Part shown: positions 62,865 to 64,000 of the stretch, piece after piece | How the letters are laid out: each line of letters begins with the position of its first letter | Numbering within the stretch: the stretch's first letter is position 1 | DNA from: Lytechinus pictus | Taxonomy: Eukaryota | Reading direction: 5' to 3' | DNA length: 64,000 nucleotides | Assembly: GCF_037042905.1 (NCBI RefSeq) | Contig: NC_087245.1 | Span: 29,948,001 to 30,012,000 of the forward strand | The notes under the pieces: generated by a model | The model's input: only the letters and a program-made list of their open reading frames with translations | Databases searched by the model: none | What the model was told of the DNA's origin: nothing | Program-made: the position numbers and the translations under genes

Positions 62865-64000
62865 AATAGTCATTTGTCATTGGGGGGGGGGAACTGCCCC
62901 CATAAATACTACAAGTAAAATCAGATGAATAAAATTATATTAAACCATATCAAATTAATACAATAACTTGATAAGTGTACATTTATAGAAAATGATACAA
63001 AATAAAATCAATCATTTGTGGGGGGGGGGGGGGTGGTACTATTGCCCCCTCAAGTTCTACTACCATTAAAATCAAAAGAACAAAATAATATTAAATTAAA
63101 TCTAATTAATACCTTAACTTGATAAATGTACATCTACAGATATTAATACTAGATAAAATCAATCAATCAATGAATCAATCATAAGGGGGAGAAGGGGGTA
63201 CATCTGCCTCCTCAAGTACTACTACCAGTAAAATGAAATGAACAAAATGATATCAAATTAAATAAAATTAATACAACTTGATAAATGTACACCTGTAGAA
63301 ATTAATACAAAATAAATAAATAAATAAGTAAATCAATCAATTAATTAATTAATCAGTCAGTCAATCATAATGGGGGGGGGGGGCGGGCGAAGGGGGTACA
63401 ACTACTACAAGTACTACCAGTAAAACCATATTGATATAATATCAAGTTAAATAAAATTAATACAACTTTATATATGTACCCCTATAGAAATTAATACAAA
63501 ATGAAATCAATCAATCAACAAATCAATGAATGAATCACTTAATCAGTCAGTCAATCATGATGGGGGGGGGGGGGGGATGAAGGGAGTACATCTGCCCCCT
63601 CAAGTACCACTACCAGTAAAATCAAATGAACAAAATGATATCAAATTAAATAAAATTAATGCAACTTGATAAATGTACACCCATAGTAATTAATACAAAA
63701 TAAAATCAATCAATGAATCACTTAATCTGACAGTCAATCATAATGGAGGGGATGAAGGGGGGTAAAACTGCCCCTCAAGAAGTACAAGTAAAATCAGATT
63801 AACAAAATAATATCAAATTAAATAAGTCAATACAATAACGTGATAAATGTACACCTATAGAAATAAATACCAATCAACGAGTCGGTCAATCATAATGGGG
63901 GGGGGGGGGGGGTACTACTGCCACCTCAAGTACTACCTGTAAAATGAGATTAACAAAATAATACCAAATTGATTAAAATTAATATAATATGTACACCTAT
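62865..64000. repeat. AT-rich tandem repeat with poly-G spacers (~7 units of ~140-200 bp, runs off the window end)
   Basis: Recurring gggg..tgcccctcaagtactac..gtaaaatca..acttgataaatgtaca..aatcaatc. Confidence 0.9.

Noticed and set aside
48710..64000. A second host gene downstream of MSH6
   Set aside because: All listed ORFs are low-complexity or repeat-derived; no recognisable protein motif or convincing exon chain. Small exons cannot be excluded.

Overview
AT-rich, repeat-dense animal genomic DNA. The repeat repertoire looks marine-invertebrate or sea-urchin-like, but that is inference. The main host feature is the 3' part of a + strand MSH6 (MutS homolog 6) gene: 20 GT-AG coding exons from 787 to the stop at 48709 splice into one open frame of 918 aa, and the 5' exons lie upstream of the window. 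The 22.1-kb last intron is almost entirely one decayed PIF/Harbinger-type DNA transposon (26613-47973, ATT TSD). Nested in it are a 3549-bp tandem duplication, a Helentron-associated (HINE-like) element, MITEs and an intact, very young Gypsy LTR retrotransposon (39429-47745, minus strand; LTRs identical by eye, ATAG TSD, tRNA-Leu PBS, GGGAAAC -1 frameshift site). Directly after the Walker-A exon, the 3' half of that exon plus its splice donor is amplified into a ~160-bp tandem array. The rest is MITEs (Kolobok/T2, hAT, Harbinger, Tc1/mariner), tRNA-derived SINEs, a large foldback element, satellites and microsatellites. No prokaryotic-type systems, CRISPR arrays, rRNA or true tRNA genes were seen. 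All alignments were done by eye.
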